64,000 bases of DNA from Cyanobium sp. (GCA_014191755.1 BJHE01000009.1:16854-80853), one strand, 5' to 3'. Numbered from the stretch's first letter, positions 21,666 through 32,593 are shown. Numbers and translations are program-made. Notes: a model not told the origin generated them from the letters alone.

Positions 21666-22412
21666 TCAGGGCTCCGGTGAAGACGACCGCTGCTGGGTTC
21701 TGCAGTCGGGAAGGAGGTAATGCCTGGCGATGGCGAAGAGCGTGGCGTCGTCGAGCTTGTCGGCCTCGAGGGAGAGCACCCCCACCACCCGTTGACGCAG
21801 ATCGGGCCGCTCCTGCTCCAGCAGATGGGTGAGGTGCAGCAGGCTCTCATCGCTGTCGTCCTCGTCCGCCGAGGCGCCGGCGAGGCAATCGACCGCCTTG
21901 GGGATCCTGCTGAGCTGGCCGACCAGCAGGGCCCGCTCGATTCGCTCCAGCATCGCCACGATCCGGCGCACGTAGGGCACCGTGCGCTGATCCCGATGCA
22001 GGGTGATTTCGCCGTGCAGCCAGCGACCCAGCGACAGGATGGAGGCATCGGCCAGCCCCTGATCATTGATCCAGTAGACGCGGGTGGCCTCCTGGCCCAC
22101 CCAGAGAATCGCCGCAGTCATCGGCGTCGGCACGCTGGCTGCGCCCCCCCCCTCCCGCAACAGCCCGGTCTGGCGCAGCACCAATTGGAGGCGGATCAGG
22201 GCGGCTGGATCCAGCCCGGATCCGGTCTGGATCGGCGCATCCCCCAGCATCCACAGGCCGCTGCGGTCGCCTCGCGAGATCTGCCAGTGGTGGTTGTCCA
22301 CACTGCGGATCAAGGCGCCATGGGCACGCAACAGAGCCTCTACATCGGTAAGCCGGAGGCTGCCCCGCAGCGCTCCCGGCGGAATGGTTCCGTCCAGTGG
22401 GCCTTCATCCAT
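21666..22412 (-). CDS. Hypothetical two-domain protein (possible HicA-like + release-factor-like domains)
   Basis: Clean 248-aa ORF co-oriented between folD and crtE; domain call is by-eye resemblance only. Confidence 0.65.
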   Translation of the reverse strand: MDEGPLDGTIPPGALRGSLRLTDVEALLRAHGALIRSVDNHHWQISRGDRSGLWMLGDAPIQTGSGLDPAALIRLQLVLRQTGLLREGGGAASVPTPMTAAILWVGQEATRVYWINDQGLADASILSLGRWLHGEITLHRDQRTVPYVRRIVAMLERIERALLVGQLSRIPKAVDCLAGASADEDDSDESLLHLTHLLEQERPDLRQRVVGVLSLEADKLDDATLFAIARHYLLPDCRTQQRSSSPEP

Positions 22413-22536
22413 GCTCCTTCCCCCGACTTGCCTGTAATTCCAGGCTCTTGACCGCGCCCCGGGGCTGGGGGCCCCCGCAGCAAATCAGGGCGCGATGGGC
22501 TGCAGTGCACGGGAGCTGCCGGGGCAGATCTGCAGC

Positions 22537-23448
22537 TCAGATCAGCAGGTCGGCCAGGGGTTTGGAATCAAGACCATGACGACGGCACCAGGCCACCACG
22601 GTGTTGACCAGCAACATGCTGACCGTCATCGGACCCACGCCCCCCGGGACCGGGGAGATGGCGGCGGCCAGGGGCTCCACCTCCTCGAAACGCACATCTC
22701 CACAGAGCCGGCTTCGGGCCCCGCTCCCTTCCTCGGGATCGGGATCGAGCCGATGGATTCCCACATCCACCACCACGGCACCAGGTTTCACGTGCTCGGC
22801 TCCCACCATGCGGGGTCGGCCGGCGGCCACCACCAGCACATCGGCGCTGCGGGTCAGGGCCGCCAGATCGGTGGTGTGAGAATGTGCCACGCTCACTGTT
22901 GCGTTCGCGGCCTGGAGCATCAGTGCCATCGGCTGACCCACCAGGATGCTGCGGCCCACCACCACCGCCCGGCGTCCGGCCAGCTCCACACCGGCATCGG
23001 CCAACAGGGCCATCACACCGGCCGGGGTACAGCTGCGGGGCCCCGGCTCTCCCTTTAGCAGCCGTCCGAGGTTGAGGGTGTGGAGGCCATCGGCATCCTT
23101 GTCGGGGTCGATCGCCGCCAGCAGGGGACCCTCCGCCAGCCCGGTCGGCAGCGGTAGTTGCAGCAAGATGCCATCGACGGCCGGATCGGCATTGAGCCTG
23201 TTGATGCAGGCCTGCACCTCGGTCGCCGGCGTGGCGGCGGCCAGATGGGCCCCGAGGTTGCGGATGCCGACCCGGCTGCAGGCCTTCTCCTTATTGGCCA
23301 CGTACACCCCGCTGGCGGGATCGTCGCCGACCCGGAGCACCGCCAGCCCCGGGGGCCGGCCCGCCGCCTCCAGTCCGGCGGCCACCACCGCCTGCAGCTG
23401 CTGCTCGATCCTGGCGGCCAGGCGACGTCCGTCGAGGAGAGTGGCCAT
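22537..23448 (-). CDS. folD: Methylene-THF dehydrogenase/cyclohydrolase
   Basis: [49 protein letters not shown]. Confidence 0.96.
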   Translation of the reverse strand: MATLLDGRRLAARIEQQLQAVVAAGLEAAGRPPGLAVLRVGDDPASGVYVANKEKACSRVGIRNLGAHLAAATPATEVQACINRLNADPAVDGILLQLPLPTGLAEGPLLAAIDPDKDADGLHTLNLGRLLKGEPGPRSCTPAGVMALLADAGVELAGRRAVVVGRSILVGQPMALMLQAANATVSVAHSHTTDLAALTRSADVLVVAAGRPRMVGAEHVKPGAVVVDVGIHRLDPDPEEGSGARSRLCGDVRFEEVEPLAAAISPVPGGVGPMTVSMLLVNTVVAWCRRHGLDSKPLADLLI

Positions 23449-23544
23449 CACACCCTTGCACTTGGTGCCAGCATGGCCCGGACCGGGGATTGCGCCAGTC
23501 CGCCCCTGCCTGGCAGGGCGGGCGGCTTTGACTAGGTTGAACCC

Positions 23545-25620
23545 ATGGCACATGGGCTGAAACTGCTGTGGCGGCAACTGCTGCGGCTCGAGCGGCCGCG
23601 TCAAGCTCTGGTCCGGTGGCGGGCCGCTGGCATGGCTGCCGTACTGCTCTCCTGCCTGGTGGTGGCGCTGGTTTCGAGCTGGCCCTGGCTGGTGGAACCC
23701 AGCCTGCGGCCGGGGCTCCCCGCTCCCTTCACCGTGCGCGCCCCGCGGGACAGCCGTGTGATCGACAGCGCGGCCCTGGAGCGGCGCCGCAGCCAGATGG
23801 GCCCCCGGTCCCAGGTTCAAATGGTGGACCCGGCAGCCAACAGGATCCTTCAGGAGGATCTGGAACGGCGCCTCAGCCAGGTGCGCCGGCAAAGCGGTGG
23901 CGATCCCCATCAGCTGGATGCCCTCAATCTCACCGCCGAGGAGAGCCGCTGGCTCGATCAGCAGACCCCGACCCAGCTGATTGCCTGGGAGACCGCCGTG
24001 CGCCAGGCCCAGCTGCGCATGCTCACCCAGGGGGTCGTGGCAAGCCTGGCCGATGAGTCGCTGCGATCGGCGGCCAACCTGCACCTCGACGGCCAGCCCA
24101 ACCCGGCCCGCAGCCTGGGCAGCCGGCTCGTGGCCGAAGCGCTGCAGGGCCGCACCAACCTGCGCACCGATGCCCTGCTCACCCAGCGGCGGATCGAGCA
24201 GATCGTGACCCAGCAGGGGTTACCCACCCTGGCGGTGAAACGGGGCGACCTGATCACCCGGCAGGGCGAGCCGATCACGCCCCAGGCCTTCGATGTGCTC
24301 GACCACTTCAACCTGATTAACCGCCGACCCCTGCTGCTGCCGTGGCTGCTGCATCTAGTTGAGGCCTTGGCGGCATCGGGCGTGATGCTGCTGGTGATGA
24401 GGCGCTGGCGTGCCAGCTTGGAACCTCGTCAGGCCCTGCTGGCCCTGGCGATGCTGCTAGTGGTTCAGAGCTGCAAGCTCTGGCTGGGGGACAAGGTGAG
24501 CCCCTTGGCCCTGCTGGTACCCCCCACCCTGCTGCTGGCCCAGGGCCTGAGCACGCCTGCCGGCCTGGCCTGGCTGGCGGTGGCCAGCCTCCTCTGGCCC
24601 TACCCACTGGGCAGCAACCTCGAACCCCGGCTCGTGGTGGCCGCCTTGGTAGCAGCGGCCGCGGCGGTGCTGGCCGGGCGTCAGAGGAACCGCGCCCAGC
24701 TGCTCCAACTCGCGGTGCTTCTGCCCCTCGGCGCCCTGCTGCTTCAGGTTCCCCTGCTGCATCTGCACCGGGGGGCACCGGCAGGGGTGACGATGGCCGC
24801 CGATGCCGATCTCCTCGGTGAGGCCATGCTCGTGGGCGGACTGCTGATGGGCGGCCTCTTGCTGGCGCCGCTGGTGGAAAGCTTCTTCGGCCTGCTCACC
24901 CGGGCACGGCTGATGGAGCTGGCCGATCTGGAGCGACCTCTGCTGCGCCGACTCTCCACCGAAGCCCCAGGCACCTTCGAGCACACGCTGATGATCTGTG
25001 GGCTGGCGGAAGAGGGCGCGCGGGCGATCCAAGCCGATGTCGACCTGATCCGCACGGGAGCCCTTTATCACGATGTCGGCAAACTGCATGGCCCCTCCTG
25101 GTTCATCGAGAATCAGGAGGACGGCCGCAACCCCCATGAGCAGCTGAATGATCCCCTGGCCAGCGCGGCGATCCTTCAGGCCCACGTGGATGAAGGCCTC
25201 AAACTCGCCCGCCGCCATCACTTGCCGCGTCCCCTGGCGGATTTCATCCCCGAACACCAGGGAACCCTCAAAATGGGTTACTTCCTGCATCAAGCGCGGG
25301 AAAGGGATCCGGGCATTGCCGAGGGCCGGTTCCGTTACCTAGGACCCATCCCGCGCAGCCGCGAAACGGCCATCCTGATGCTGGCCGACGGCTGTGAGGC
25401 TGCTCTGCGCTCCCTGCCGCCGAACACCTGCGAAGCCGAAGCCCGCGCCATGGTGCGCCGCATCGTCGAGGCCCGTCAGCAGGATGGACAGCTGGCCGCC
25501 AGCGGCATCAGCCGGGGCGAACTCGAGTTGGTGATCCGTGCCTTCGTGCGGGTGTGGAGAAGAATGCGCCACCGGCGCATTCCCTATCCGATCCCCTCCC
25601 GCAAGGGCTTCAGCGCCTGA
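23545..25620 (+). CDS. 7TM-HD membrane phosphohydrolase (PgpH-like)
   Basis: Extracellular domain, multiple TMs, then APGTFEH, YHDVGK, HVDEG, EHQGT, LADGCEA. Confidence 0.88.
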   Translation: MAHGLKLLWRQLLRLERPRQALVRWRAAGMAAVLLSCLVVALVSSWPWLVEPSLRPGLPAPFTVRAPRDSRVIDSAALERRRSQMGPRSQVQMVDPAANRILQEDLERRLSQVRRQSGGDPHQLDALNLTAEESRWLDQQTPTQLIAWETAVRQAQLRMLTQGVVASLADESLRSAANLHLDGQPNPARSLGSRLVAEALQGRTNLRTDALLTQRRIEQIVTQQGLPTLAVKRGDLITRQGEPITPQAFDVLDHFNLINRRPLLLPWLLHLVEALAASGVMLLVMRRWRASLEPRQALLALAMLLVVQSCKLWLGDKVSPLALLVPPTLLLAQGLSTPAGLAWLAVASLLWPYPLGSNLEPRLVVAALVAAAAAVLAGRQRNRAQLLQLAVLLPLGALLLQVPLLHLHRGAPAGVTMAADADLLGEAMLVGGLLMGGLLLAPLVESFFGLLTRARLMELADLERPLLRRLSTEAPGTFEHTLMICGLAEEGARAIQADVDLIRTGALYHDVGKLHGPSWFIENQEDGRNPHEQLNDPLASAAILQAHVDEGLKLARRHHLPRPLADFIPEHQGTLKMGYFLHQARERDPGIAEGRFRYLGPIPRSRETAILMLADGCEAALRSLPPNTCEAEARAMVRRIVEARQQDGQLAASGISRGELELVIRAFVRVWRRMRHRRIPYPIPSRKGFSA

Positions 25621-26017
25621 GCCGAGGCCGGCTTCGGGCCAGCCTTCCGGCCAGACCCCGACCCGATAACACCGCCAGGAGCCCGGCGACCAGTTCCAGC
25701 AGCAGCAGGGCCACCCCGCTCACCGATCCCCCCCCCAGCGCTCTCTCCAGGGCCAGGATCCAGCCGCTGAAGGTGGTGAGCGAACCACAGAAGCCGATGC
25801 CCACCAGCAGCATGGTCCGGGGACGCGGTGGCTCCGAGCCGGAAACGATGCCAATCACTAGGCAGCCGAGCACATTGGCCAGGGGATCCGCCTGAAGCAG
25901 CCAGCGCAGCAGGGCACCGGGGACGGCCCCCAGAGCGACCAGCAGCAGCTCCTCCGGGCGAAGAGGGAGGGGGGCCACTCGCGAGCCTTCAGGGCCGCAC
26001 GGAGTCATGCCAGCCAC
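25610..26017 (-). CDS. crcB: Fluoride channel Fluc/CrcB subunit
   Basis: LGAVPGALLRW and GIGFCGSLTTFS. Confidence 0.88.
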   Translation of the reverse strand: MAGMTPCGPEGSRVAPLPLRPEELLLVALGAVPGALLRWLLQADPLANVLGCLVIGIVSGSEPPRPRTMLLVGIGFCGSLTTFSGWILALERALGGGSVSGVALLLLELVAGLLAVLSGRGLAGRLARSRPRLRR

Positions 26018-26406
26018 CCCCCTAGCCCCCGGCCCGCCAGCAGCGCCAGCAGGCCCCCCAGCAGTGAACCGAGGGCAAGACCCAGGACCTGCCGGCGTTC
26101 CCCGAGCCGAAGAGAGGCCTCCAGTTCTGCTGCCAGGGTTGAGAAGGTGCTCAAGCTGCCCAGAAAACCGGTGCCGAGCAACAGGGGCAGCGCGGAGGCG
26201 GCCCTACCCCGCTCGTGCTGCCCGGCGGCGATCAGCAGGCCCAGTCCGAAGCAGGCCGCCAGGTTCACCGCAAAAGTGCCCCAGTGACGCCGGGGCAGGC
26301 GGGGCTCCAGCTGATTCACCAGCCAGAAGCGGAGCCAGGCGCCCGGCACGGCACCGAGGGCCACGAGCAGGGCCGCTACGGGCGGCGGCAGGGGGGCCAG
26401 GGCCAT
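26005..26406 (-). CDS. crcB: Fluoride channel Fluc/CrcB subunit
   Basis: LGAVPGAWLRF, WGTFAVN and GTGFLGSLSTFST; the tandem pair is typical of heterodimeric Fluc. Confidence 0.9.
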   Translation of the reverse strand: MALAPLPPPVAALLVALGAVPGAWLRFWLVNQLEPRLPRRHWGTFAVNLAACFGLGLLIAAGQHERGRAASALPLLLGTGFLGSLSTFSTLAAELEASLRLGERRQVLGLALGSLLGGLLALLAGRGLGGWLA

Positions 26407-26414
26407 CGGAGGGC

Positions 26415-26702
26415 TCAGCCGCGTCGGTGCTCGAACTCCGCTTTCAACCGCCGCTGCAGCACCAAACTGGCCGGCAGGAGCGTGATCACGTTGGCGGCGA
26501 TCAGGGGTCCATCGCCTACCAGCAGGCCATAGACGGCCCAGGCCGTAATCCCGATGGTCAGCAGGCCATAGCTGCGCAGCGAGATGCCGCTCACATCGGC
26601 GCCCCGCAGGGTCTTGATGGCCTGGGGAAAGAAGCTCAGCGTGGTGAGGGAGGCGGCGGCATAGCCGAGCAGGGTGACGGCGAAACCGGCCTGGGGCGCC
26701 AT
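26415..26702 (-). CDS. SemiSWEET/PQ-loop transporter
   Basis: 95 aa with 3 TMs; LTTLSFFPQAIKT PQ motif, WAVYG, PLIAAN. Confidence 0.85.
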   Translation of the reverse strand: MAPQAGFAVTLLGYAAASLTTLSFFPQAIKTLRGADVSGISLRSYGLLTIGITAWAVYGLLVGDGPLIAANVITLLPASLVLQRRLKAEFEHRRG

Positions 26703-26757
26703 GGGCGGGGGGAGGCGTGAACCCTCAGCATGGTCCAGATCCCGCCCCCCTGCCCCG

Positions 26758-28284
26758 ATGGCCCTGAGCTTCCGAGACCTCCAGCAGGAGCTCCGGCCGG
26801 AATGGATCGCCCCAGCTGGTGGAGAGGGGGCGGATCTGGATGTGCTGGTGCTGCCCTCCCTGTCGATGGACCGGGCCCAGATGGCCCTGGTGACCGGAGC
26901 CCATCACTACGAGGAACGCCAGCTCTTCGCTCTGGTGCGGCTGCGGGATCCTGGAGTGCGGATGGTGTACGTGAGCAGCAAGCCCCTGGCCGATCTGGTG
27001 GTGGATGCGGTGCTGGAGCTGCTGCCGGGCATCCCCGCCTCCCATGCCCGTCGGCGCCTCCACCTCTTCGATGCCGACGACGCCTCCGACCGGCCCCTGA
27101 CGGAGAAGCTGCTGGAGCGACCGGCCCTGCTGGAGCGCATCGCCGAGCTGCTGCGACCCGGACGCAGCTTCATCCAGTGCTACGTGGTGACAGAACTGGA
27201 GAAGGAGCTTTCGGAGCGTCTGCAGGTGCCCTTACTGGGCACCGACCCGGCCCTGGGTTGGTGGGGTAGCAAGAAGGGGAGCCGGGATCTGTTCGCCCGC
27301 TGCGGGGTGCCCCATCCCGCTGGCAGCGATCTGGTGCGGGACCTAGACGCTCTGGCGGAGGCGACCGCCACCCTTTGGGAAAGCCAGCCCGAGCTGGCAC
27401 GCTGCGTGGTGAAGCTCAACGAAGGCTTCAGTGGCGAGGGGAACGCCCCTCTGGCGCTCGCTCCCCTAGCGCTCCATGAACTCACCGCACCAGAGCGGCG
27501 ACAGCGGCTGCGGGAGGCACTGGAAACCCTGCCAATGCCGGCGTTGAGCTGGCGGCAACGGGTGGAGGAGCAGGGGGCCCTGGTGGAGGCCTGGCTGGAG
27601 GGAGGGGAGGGCCTCAGCTCACCGAGCGTGCAGGGGTTCATCCATCCCGGCGGCGCGGTGGAGGTGCTCTCCACCCATGAACAGATCCTCGGCGGACCCA
27701 GTGGCCAGACCTACCTCGGCTGCCGCTTTCCGGCCGATGGCGCCTACCGCCGGGTGCTGATGGACCACGGCCTGCGAGTGGGTCAGGCCCTGGCCACCGA
27801 AGGCGCCCTGGAACGCTTCGGCGTGGATTTCATCGCCCGCTGCATTGCAGGACAGTGGGATGTCCAGGCGATTGAGGTGAACCTGCGCCAAGGGGGCACC
27901 ACCCACCCCTACATGGCCCTCTGCGCCCTCACCACGGGTCGGCTGGATCCAGCGAGCGGCCGCTTTCTCACCCCCACAGGGGAAGCCCTGCATTACCAGG
28001 CCACCGACAACCTCTGCGACGAACGGCTGCGGGGCCTACTGCCGGTCGATCTGATCGACATCGTGGCGGATGCCGGCCTCCACTACGACCCGGCCCGCCT
28101 ACGGGGAAGCGTGTTTCACCTGCTCGGCTGCCTCTCGGAATTCGGCAAGTTGGGCATGACCAGCATCGGCCGTGATGATCAGGAGGCGGATGCCGTGTTC
28201 CAGGCCACGGTGGAACGCCTGCTGGCCGGCGCCAGCCAGCGGCGCTCGGCAAGCCTCGACCACCTGATGCTGGCCGGCCGCTGA
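26758..28284 (+). CDS. PGM1-related ATP-grasp peptide/amide ligase
   Basis: HYEERQLF N-terminal region, VVKLNEGFSGEGNA, SPSVQ, HEQILGG, IEVNLRQGGTTHP. Confidence 0.8.
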   Translation: MALSFRDLQQELRPEWIAPAGGEGADLDVLVLPSLSMDRAQMALVTGAHHYEERQLFALVRLRDPGVRMVYVSSKPLADLVVDAVLELLPGIPASHARRRLHLFDADDASDRPLTEKLLERPALLERIAELLRPGRSFIQCYVVTELEKELSERLQVPLLGTDPALGWWGSKKGSRDLFARCGVPHPAGSDLVRDLDALAEATATLWESQPELARCVVKLNEGFSGEGNAPLALAPLALHELTAPERRQRLREALETLPMPALSWRQRVEEQGALVEAWLEGGEGLSSPSVQGFIHPGGAVEVLSTHEQILGGPSGQTYLGCRFPADGAYRRVLMDHGLRVGQALATEGALERFGVDFIARCIAGQWDVQAIEVNLRQGGTTHPYMALCALTTGRLDPASGRFLTPTGEALHYQATDNLCDERLRGLLPVDLIDIVADAGLHYDPARLRGSVFHLLGCLSEFGKLGMTSIGRDDQEADAVFQATVERLLAGASQRRSASLDHLMLAGR

Positions 28285-28329
28285 ACCGCAGGGCAAGATC
28301 GGCACAGGTTTCCCGCCTGACCCGTCACC

Positions 28330-28779
28330 ATGGCCCAGCCGCCGGAATTCCAAGCAGCGCCGCCCTGGTTGGGCTGGTTCCAGTTGGGCCTGAGCTCGAT
28401 GCTGGCGGTGCTGTTTCTGGTGATGCTCGCCTGGAGTCGGGAACAGGGAAGGGATCTGCGCCAGCTGCGGATGCGGGTGGAGACCCTCGAGAGCAGCAGT
28501 TCCCTGGAGAAGGCCGCCGATCAGAACGGCCAGCTCCGCACCCTGACCCAGCGGTTCGAGCAGCTCGAGGCCCGGGCTACGGAGCAGCTGGAACGGTCGG
28601 AGGCGGAACGGCTGCGGCTCCAGCAGCTCCTGGTGGAGATGCGCGAGCGGGCTGGCAGCTCTGGCCAGCAGCCCCGCGAGGCAGACCCAGCCCGCGATCC
28701 CCAGCCCAGCCGGCTGCCCACGCCCGGCGCCTCGGTGCTGCGACCGCCCCCACCACCGCCGATCCCAACCCAGCCGTGA
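28330..28779 (+). CDS. Hypothetical membrane-anchored coiled-coil protein
   Basis: N-terminal TM, E/Q/R/L heptad-rich middle, Pro-rich tail. Confidence 0.65.
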   Translation: MAQPPEFQAAPPWLGWFQLGLSSMLAVLFLVMLAWSREQGRDLRQLRMRVETLESSSSLEKAADQNGQLRTLTQRFEQLEARATEQLERSEAERLRLQQLLVEMRERAGSSGQQPREADPARDPQPSRLPTPGASVLRPPPPPPIPTQP

Positions 28780-28923
28780 GCGTGACCGCCGGGGATGAAA
28801 TGATGCAGGGGTTTCGGTGGGGTCGCGTTCCAGCGCGCCATTTAAATCTGTGCGCCAAGCCAGGAGCGATAAGCTTCTGGAGGCCCAACTTGGGTTTCAA
28901 CAACGGTTTCAACATCACTGAGT

Positions 28924-29904
28924 GTGCAGATGCAAGGATCTTTCTACCTTGATTCGCTCCCATTGGCAGAGCGTATTTATCGAAACCAACCTGACCTAGT
29001 AGCGAGACTTTATTCGAACCCCATCCAGCGATACCTATCTGATGGCGTTGTCATCCTGCCCGGTGTTATCCCCTTGGACGTACTGGATCAATTTGATCGT
29101 GATCTTGAATCCCTTGCAGATCTTGAGACAGCGCCAGAGATTCTGGGTAGCATCGGAATTGATGGGCCAAAAAAATATTATGAAGCTCGATTTCTGCGTA
29201 ATCTTGGCGCCAAGGATTTTCGCCTAGAGCCCCCCGGCTTAAAACTGGTTGACTTGCAGCGCTTTTTTGATTCGGCCAAGCGGCTGGCCTTTGCTGACTC
29301 AGTAACAGCCTTTATGCAAGAGCTGTTTGGCTCTCCGGCGGCGCTGATTCAAAGCCTGACCTTCTGGAAAAGTAGCGAGCAATCGATACACCAAGACTTT
29401 TCCTATGTGCATCATCACAGGCAGCTTGGTCAGCTCGCCGCGGCCTGGATTCCCCTGGAGGATATCCAGGCTGAGGCCGGACCACTTGTTTACTACAAGG
29501 GGTCCCATCTTCCGGATCAATTAGGTTTCTATGACTGGGGTCAGGGCTCAATCCTTGCAAGCCGAGATGCCGATTCTAGTGTTTTCGCAGGGTATAAAAA
29601 TCATCTCGAAGAGATTGTTCGGAGTCGTGGGCTGCAGCCCAGTATCTTTTTGCCGAAGCGTGGTGATCTTCTGATCTGGCATGGTGCCTTAATTCACGGC
29701 GGAACCCCGATGCTGAATCCTGGGCTGACGCGCCGTTCATTTATCTGCCATTACACCAGCATGGCTTCCCATAAGCAAGCCCAGCAATTCCGAGTGGGCA
29801 ATGGCTATAGCTTTGACCTGCCACCCGCCCTGCCTTACAAGCCTTCAACGCCTCGCCGAATTGCGAGCAAAATGACAAGGATGATCGATCATCTTAAAGG
29901 ATAA
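28924..29904 (+). CDS. PhyH-family Fe(II)/2-oxoglutarate dioxygenase, low GC
   Basis: HQD (HxD) and distal IWHGALIHGG His, WIPLED; GC about 40-50% in lines counted by hand. Confidence 0.85.
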   Translation: MQMQGSFYLDSLPLAERIYRNQPDLVARLYSNPIQRYLSDGVVILPGVIPLDVLDQFDRDLESLADLETAPEILGSIGIDGPKKYYEARFLRNLGAKDFRLEPPGLKLVDLQRFFDSAKRLAFADSVTAFMQELFGSPAALIQSLTFWKSSEQSIHQDFSYVHHHRQLGQLAAAWIPLEDIQAEAGPLVYYKGSHLPDQLGFYDWGQGSILASRDADSSVFAGYKNHLEEIVRSRGLQPSIFLPKRGDLLIWHGALIHGGTPMLNPGLTRRSFICHYTSMASHKQAQQFRVGNGYSFDLPPALPYKPSTPRRIASKMTRMIDHLKG

Positions 29905-29924
29905 AGATCTGCGCTCTCCCAGGC

Positions 29925-30788
29925 TCAGCCCTTCACTGCATCGCCGCTTGCATTGGGAAGAATGAATCGTTGCAGGAGAATGAAGAGCAGCAGCACAGGC
30001 AGGATGGACACCACGGAACCGGCTGCCACCAGGCGCCAGTCGAGGGAAAAGCTGCTGGCCAACTGTTGCAGGCCCAGAGGCAGGGTGTATAAGCCGGGAT
30101 CGTCCAGGATGATCAGGGGCCAGAGAAAATCGCTCCAGCTGCCGATGAACACAAACATCGCCAGCGTGATCAAATCGGAGCGGGCGGCGGGGATCATCAC
30201 GTTCCACCACTCGCCCAGGGGCGAGCAGCCATCGATGCGGGCCGCCTCCTCCAGTTCCACCGGCACCCCCAGGAAGCTCTGGCGCAGTAGGAAGATGCCG
30301 AAAGCGGTTGCCGCCTGGGGAAGGATCAGGGCCCAGAGACTGTTGCGGAGCCCCAGCTGCACCATCAGCAGGTAGAGGGGGATCATCACCACCTGGAACG
30401 GAATCAGGATGGTGGCCACCACCAGGGCGAGTACCAGACCGCGGCCGCGAAAGCGGAGGCGAGCAAGGGGGTAGGCCGCCAGGGAACAGAAGAGCAGATT
30501 GGCCAGCACCGCCAGAGCGCTCACCAGGGCGCTGTTGCGCAGATAGGTGAGCATCGGGTTGGCGGCGAACAGCTGGCCGTAGGCGGCCAAGCTGGGCTGG
30601 GAGGGAAGCAGGGCCGGCGGACTGGTGAAGATATCTTCAGCCGGACCCTTCAGAGAGGTGCTCACCAGCCACAGCAGGGGGAGCAGTACCACCAGGGCCA
30701 AAAGCAGCAGGAGCGTGAGCTGCAGGGCCGCGGCCCGGCCGGAGACCTGGAGGCCTGGAGAAGCTGGACGCATCGAGGGACTGGGCAT
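29925..30788 (-). CDS. Carbohydrate ABC transporter permease
   Basis: EAA motif ELEEAARIDG; AAYPLARLRF, WSDFLWPL. Confidence 0.9.
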   Translation of the reverse strand: MPSPSMRPASPGLQVSGRAAALQLTLLLLLALVVLLPLLWLVSTSLKGPAEDIFTSPPALLPSQPSLAAYGQLFAANPMLTYLRNSALVSALAVLANLLFCSLAAYPLARLRFRGRGLVLALVVATILIPFQVVMIPLYLLMVQLGLRNSLWALILPQAATAFGIFLLRQSFLGVPVELEEAARIDGCSPLGEWWNVMIPAARSDLITLAMFVFIGSWSDFLWPLIILDDPGLYTLPLGLQQLASSFSLDWRLVAAGSVVSILPVLLLFILLQRFILPNASGDAVKG

Positions 30789-30825
30789 TTCGCCACCACA
30801 GATTGGAGCCGTCAGGCCCAGCTCG

Positions 30826-32451
30826 TCACAGCCGCGGTAACTCCGCCACCGGCAGCGGCGCCTTCTGAGGATGGAGCGGCGCCCGCTGTCGTCCGGCCAC
30901 CAGCCGGTTGAGGGCATTCACGAAGGCCTGGGCCGCCGCCACCACGATGTCGGTGTCGGCCGCATGGCCGGAATAGAGCACCCCCTCGGCCCGCAGCCGG
31001 ATGGTGACCTCGCCCATGGCATCGATGCCCTCGGTGACGCTCTTCACCGAAAACTCCACCAGCTCATTGGGTACACCGGCCAGGCGGTTCAGGGCCTGGC
31101 AAACCGCATCCACAGGCCCGGTGCCGATGGCGGCCTCGCTGTGTTCACAGCCATCGCCCGTTTCCAGGGAGACCGTGGCGGTGGGGAGAAGACCTGTGCC
31201 GCAGCTCACCTGCACCCGCCGCAACAGGAAGCGCACCTCCCCCTGTTGCTGCACCTGCTCACTGACGATCGCCTCAAGGTCGCGGTCGGAGATCTCCCGT
31301 TTGCGGTCGGCCAGCTCCTTAAAGCGCACAAAGGCATCGTTGAGGTCTTCGCCCTCGAGGCTGTAGCCGAGGTCCTCAAGACGGGCGCGAAAGGCGCTGC
31401 GGCCCGAGAGCTTCCCCAGGGAGATGCGGTTATCGGTGAGCCCAACGGTGCGGGCGTCGATGATCTCGTATGTGAGCGGGTTCTTCAGCACGCCATCCTG
31501 GTGGATGCCCGATTCGTGGGCGAAGGCGTTAGCCCCCACGATCGCCTTGTTGGGCTGCACCGCCATGCCGGTGAGGTTGCTGACCAGCCGCGAGGTTTTG
31601 GTGATCTCCTCCGTGCGCACGCCGGTGAGCGGCTCCGTGCTCTCGGCCGGGCGACCGAGGAAGGGGTTGTAGTAGCTGCGGCGGACGTGCAGGGCCATCA
31701 CCAGCTCCTCGAGGGAGGCGTTGCCTGCCCGCTCGCCGATGCCGTTGATGGTGCATTCGAGCTGGCGGGCGCCGTTTTTCACCGCCTCGAGGAAATTGGC
31801 CACCGCGAGGCCGAGGTCGTTGTGGCCGTGCACGGAAATCACGGCCTGGTCGATGTTGGACACGCAGCGGTTGATGCCGGCGATCAGGTCACCGAATTCG
31901 GCCGGTGTGGCATAGCCCACGGTGTCGGGGATGTTGATGGTGGTGGCGCCAGCGCTGATGGCGGCCTCGATCACCTGGTGCATGTACTCCGGATCGCTGC
32001 GACCGGCGTCCTCGCAGGAGAACTCGACGTCGTCGACGAGGGAGCGGGCGTAGGCCACCATCTCGCGGGTGATCTCCAGCACCTCGGCGCGGCTCTTGCG
32101 CAGTTTGTGCTCCAGGTGGATGTCGCTGGTGGCGATGAAGGTGTGGATGCGGCGGCGGGCGGCCGGAGCCACCGCCTCGGCGCAGGCCCTGATGTCGCCG
32201 GCGGCGGCGCGGGCCAAGCCGCAGATCACCGGGCCCTCGGGGGTGCCGACGGTGGCGGCGATGCGCTGGACGGCGTTGAAGTCACCGCTGCTGGCAAAGG
32301 GGAAGCCGGCCTCAATGATGTCGACCCCAAGGCGAGCGAGCTGTTGGGCGATGGCGAGCTTCTCCTCCAGATTCAGGCTGGCGCCGGGCGACTGCTCGCC
32401 ATCGCGGAGGGTGGTGTCGAAGATCAGAACCCGACCTGGATCGCGCGCCAT
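30826..32451 (-). CDS. leuA: 2-isopropylmalate synthase
   Basis: [34 protein letters not shown] and regulatory-domain GTGPVDA. Confidence 0.96.
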   Translation of the reverse strand: MARDPGRVLIFDTTLRDGEQSPGASLNLEEKLAIAQQLARLGVDIIEAGFPFASSGDFNAVQRIAATVGTPEGPVICGLARAAAGDIRACAEAVAPAARRRIHTFIATSDIHLEHKLRKSRAEVLEITREMVAYARSLVDDVEFSCEDAGRSDPEYMHQVIEAAISAGATTINIPDTVGYATPAEFGDLIAGINRCVSNIDQAVISVHGHNDLGLAVANFLEAVKNGARQLECTINGIGERAGNASLEELVMALHVRRSYYNPFLGRPAESTEPLTGVRTEEITKTSRLVSNLTGMAVQPNKAIVGANAFAHESGIHQDGVLKNPLTYEIIDARTVGLTDNRISLGKLSGRSAFRARLEDLGYSLEGEDLNDAFVRFKELADRKREISDRDLEAIVSEQVQQQGEVRFLLRRVQVSCGTGLLPTATVSLETGDGCEHSEAAIGTGPVDAVCQALNRLAGVPNELVEFSVKSVTEGIDAMGEVTIRLRAEGVLYSGHAADTDIVVAAAQAFVNALNRLVAGRQRAPLHPQKAPLPVAELPRL

Positions 32452-32593
32452 GGGAAGGAAGGAAAAGCTAAACGGAATGACTATGAGTTTTAACCATTCT
32501 AAGGCCAGGGCCAGGGGCTGGCCGCCGGTAGAGGGGCCTGACAAGGGTCCGGCCCGGATGCGAGCTTGCTGATGCTCAAGCTGGCGTTCCGTT

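Noticed and set aside
26400-26760. Fluoride riboswitch upstream of the crcB operon
   Set aside because: No GGCGATGG...CTGATG-type consensus, and the intergenic gaps are only 8 and 55 bp.
30871-32493. Long antisense/alternate-frame ORFs (e.g. 540 aa opposite leuA; also 3752-4600, 12377-13495, 42876-43985, 47957-48877)
   Set aside because: Shadow ORFs expected from high-GC codon bias; they lie opposite well-supported genes and have no motifs.
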